Below are positions 61,600 to 64,000 of a DNA stretch of 64,000 bases, in pieces. The stretch lies in NCBI RefSeq assembly GCF_964355755.1, contig NC_092677.1, forward strand, positions 19,490,101 through 19,554,100. The letters run 5' to 3'. The notes below the pieces were generated by a model. It did not search any database and was not told where the DNA came from. It saw nothing but the letters and a program-made list of their open reading frames with translations. Both the position numbers and the translations under genes were made by a program. This DNA comes from Antedon mediterranea. Lineage: Eukaryota; Animalia; Echinodermata. Positions within the stretch are counted from its first letter, which is position 1. The number at the start of each line of letters is the position of its first letter.

Positions 61600-62236
61600 G
61601 TAATTAATTACAATACTATCATTTTTTTCATTCACTGCCTGGATGACTATGTAGGCTGGAAAGCCAGTTAAATTGAGGCAACATTGACACATTCTTTTGA
61701 TTGCCCTTTACTGTATTTGTGTAACGGTAAACAATTCATTTTTAATTATTTGTTTATGATATATTGAGCTTCAAAATAGGTCTTTACCTGCCAAGCTTAC
61801 ATTTTTATTTGCATTGTCCCCATTTTCGATGCCAAACCAGAAAACATTTAGCGAAATAAATTAAAATGGCCTAAAAATTAATGCAAATCACAGACATTTC
61901 ACATAACCGTGTACCAGAACCACTACTGCAATTTGTACATAAAACAATTACATAATAGTCCATTAAAAAATCACCCTCACCATGGCATAAGCTTGTATCC
62001 TAATGAAACTTACAGAGTAGGTTCAGAATATATTATAAAGATCATTTCTTGATGTTGCATCTTTCAAAATCTGGGATTTAAAGAGTAAATTAGACTTTCA
62101 TACATAATGTATATCCACCTCACGTAGTAAATCATTTACCACGAATGTAACGAAGCGTTAATGAAATTACGATACGCCATTAGCGCCCATTTAAAAATAC
62201 ATTAACAAAGCTATAAAACCTACGCTAATCAACTGA

Positions 62237-62703
62237 ATATTTTCTGTACATATATATACCAGTAATAAAATACATGAAAAAGTACATTACATATTTAAGG
62301 CATAAGTAATAAATAACTTTTAAATAGTTCTGTAAGGCTGTAAGGTATAATAAACTTTAACAAAGCTATAAAACCTACGCTAAATAACTGTTTTACCATA
62401 ATTTAAATATAGTTTACAATACATTATATTATTATAAAATACATAACATATAAAGAAACCCAAATATAAACTAAAATATTTACAGATATGTGTTTAAAAT
62501 GTCAAACAAAAAAGGCCTTCCATAAAATGATGTGAAGTATTTTTTATTGTAAACTATAATTAAATTATTGTTGGTTTTATAGCTTTGTTAAAGTTTATTA
62601 TACCTTACAGAACTATTTAAAAGTAATTACTTTATATGTCTTATGTAATGTACTTTTTCGTGTATTTTGTTACCAGTATATATATATATTTACAGAAAAT
62701 ATT
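62237..62703. repeat. AT-rich inverted repeat (foldback remnant)
   Basis: ~62237-62375 is the imperfect reverse complement of ~62573-62703. Confidence 0.7.
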
Positions 62704-62868
62704 GAAACCTTATTTGGTAAGTCACTAAATTATGTATGCATTTGGAGCTAAACAAATTCTAAATATATATATTGTAATGCATAGCGAAAAATTGTGAATT
62801 CTTAAACAAATTTTATAGTTAAAAAATTGGCTTTATACAAAGTTGACTGTTGATTTTTTACATTACAG

Positions 62869-62951
62869 GTCTTGGCTAAATTAAATTTTCATGAGAAATC
62901 TTTACTGGGCCAAATAAACAGCAGCACAAAATACACATTTTTAGCTTCAGG
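62869..62951 (+). CDS. HEATR3: HEATR3 exon 12 (gene continues beyond window)
   Basis: Acceptor cattacag|. Encodes VLAKLNFHEKSLLGQINSSTKYTFLAS(G). Donor GG|GTGAGT; 83 nt. Confidence 0.8.
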
Positions 62952-64000
62952 GTGAGTTTATACAACCTACATTTTCCTTAAATATTTGTTATCTGCAACT
63001 AGTTGTGAATAGTCCCCTCATTGTCTTTTTTTTCTTGATTATTCTTTAGAATTTTAGGTTTTCGATGACGTCACAATTGGACAGAATAGCGTACATGCGA
63101 TTTGTGAATTTATATGACTGATAATAAATTTCAATGAAACTTTACACAAGTATGTTTCACATAAAATGTCAACTTTCTAAAAGAATTTGCTTTTCAAACT
63201 TGATACACAATTGTAAAATCAATTTCTATTCAATTTTGGTTATTTTAAGTAAAACACACTGCTCGTGTTTATGGTAAAAGGCCAAATATGCAATTGATTT
63301 TGTCATTTTCATGACATCTAAATGCACTCTACAATTAATGGCCAATTTAAGGCAAATTTGTGAAAAAATTTGCATATTTTAAATCTATCATAGCTCCTCA
63401 GGATGGGTGATGACCCCATTTGTTAAAAACTTTACTTTATGTAAATCTTTTCTTACCAGATGTGGTAACGTCATCATATGGCCACTTAAATTTTAAAAAT
63501 AATTTTTGTCTTTTGTACTGGTTAAAGGGGGGTTGCGGGTTTAAAATGAATAGTAAAAAATGTAAAATATATTTGTTTGTCTCTTGAACGGTAAAAGTTT
63601 CAATTTATATAAGCGCCCAGTGAAGCAGAACGAAGGCTGTGAAATGAGGCCAGATTACAAGTGCAGCTACGGCAAAATCACACTGTGGTTACAGAATAGC
63701 AAATTCGTGAAATGGTCAATCTTCCGACGACTCGTTATCATTAACCATATCAATTACTTTTGTAAAATTATACTTATCTGATGTAATTTTAGTCGGTCTT
63801 CCCATTTATAAAGTCAATTTTCTATGAAAATCCATCAAAACAGTGAAAAATTAGATAAGTTTGCACTTTACGTTTGCCGATTTTCGCACTGACTTAGGGA
63901 AAGCCTTCAAAATCAATGAAGCGTAACGTATACATTCCTGCTGAGCGAGGAGAGCGAGACGACGATACACGTGCTCTCTCTGCCCATGCCTGGCATCGTC

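Noticed and set aside
61636-61685. SECIS-like or H/ACA-like hairpin (ATGA...AAA...TGAG, followed by ACA) in intron 11
   Set aside because: Intronic, weak helix, no in-frame UGA in the gene model, and no second hairpin or H box; probably chance. No intronic snoRNA could be supported by eye anywhere in the window.

Overview
AT-rich animal genomic DNA, not prokaryotic. The transposon families and the Deu/Nin-type SINE suggest a marine invertebrate, possibly an echinoderm (inference). One host gene spans the window on the + strand: a HEATR3/Syo1 orthologue (symportin chaperone for RPL5/RPL11). I rebuilt 12 phase-consistent GT-AG coding exons from ATG 1338 to 62951, and the gene continues past the window. 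Introns 1 (24.4 kb) and 2 (18.7 kb) are mostly nested transposons, which I delimited by eye from terminal inverted repeats (TIRs) and target-site duplications (TSDs). They include Merlin-like, Helentron/HINE, Kolobok, MULE, hAT-like (5/6/7-bp TSDs), AcademX, pogo/Tc2-like, Sola, Harbinger and EnSpm-like DNA elements, CR1-group, Rex1/Babar and RTE LINEs, and tRNA-derived SINEs. All long ORFs in the track are transposon-derived. I found no evidence for a new multi-gene system. The best leads are: (i) demonstrable 5-bp TA-CWG-TA excision footprints, and a hypothesis that the abundant TAGGCCTA motif is a similar scar; (ii) hAT-like elements with non-canonical TSD lengths; (iii) a Merlin-like element with ~820-bp TIRs and a spliced zinc-ribbon exon; (iv) a candidate structured or self-cleaving RNA at the 5' end of a full-length RTE; (v) two independent insertions at the same position of a Kolobok TIR. 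Superfamily names come from termini, TSD and protein-motif recognition, not database searches.
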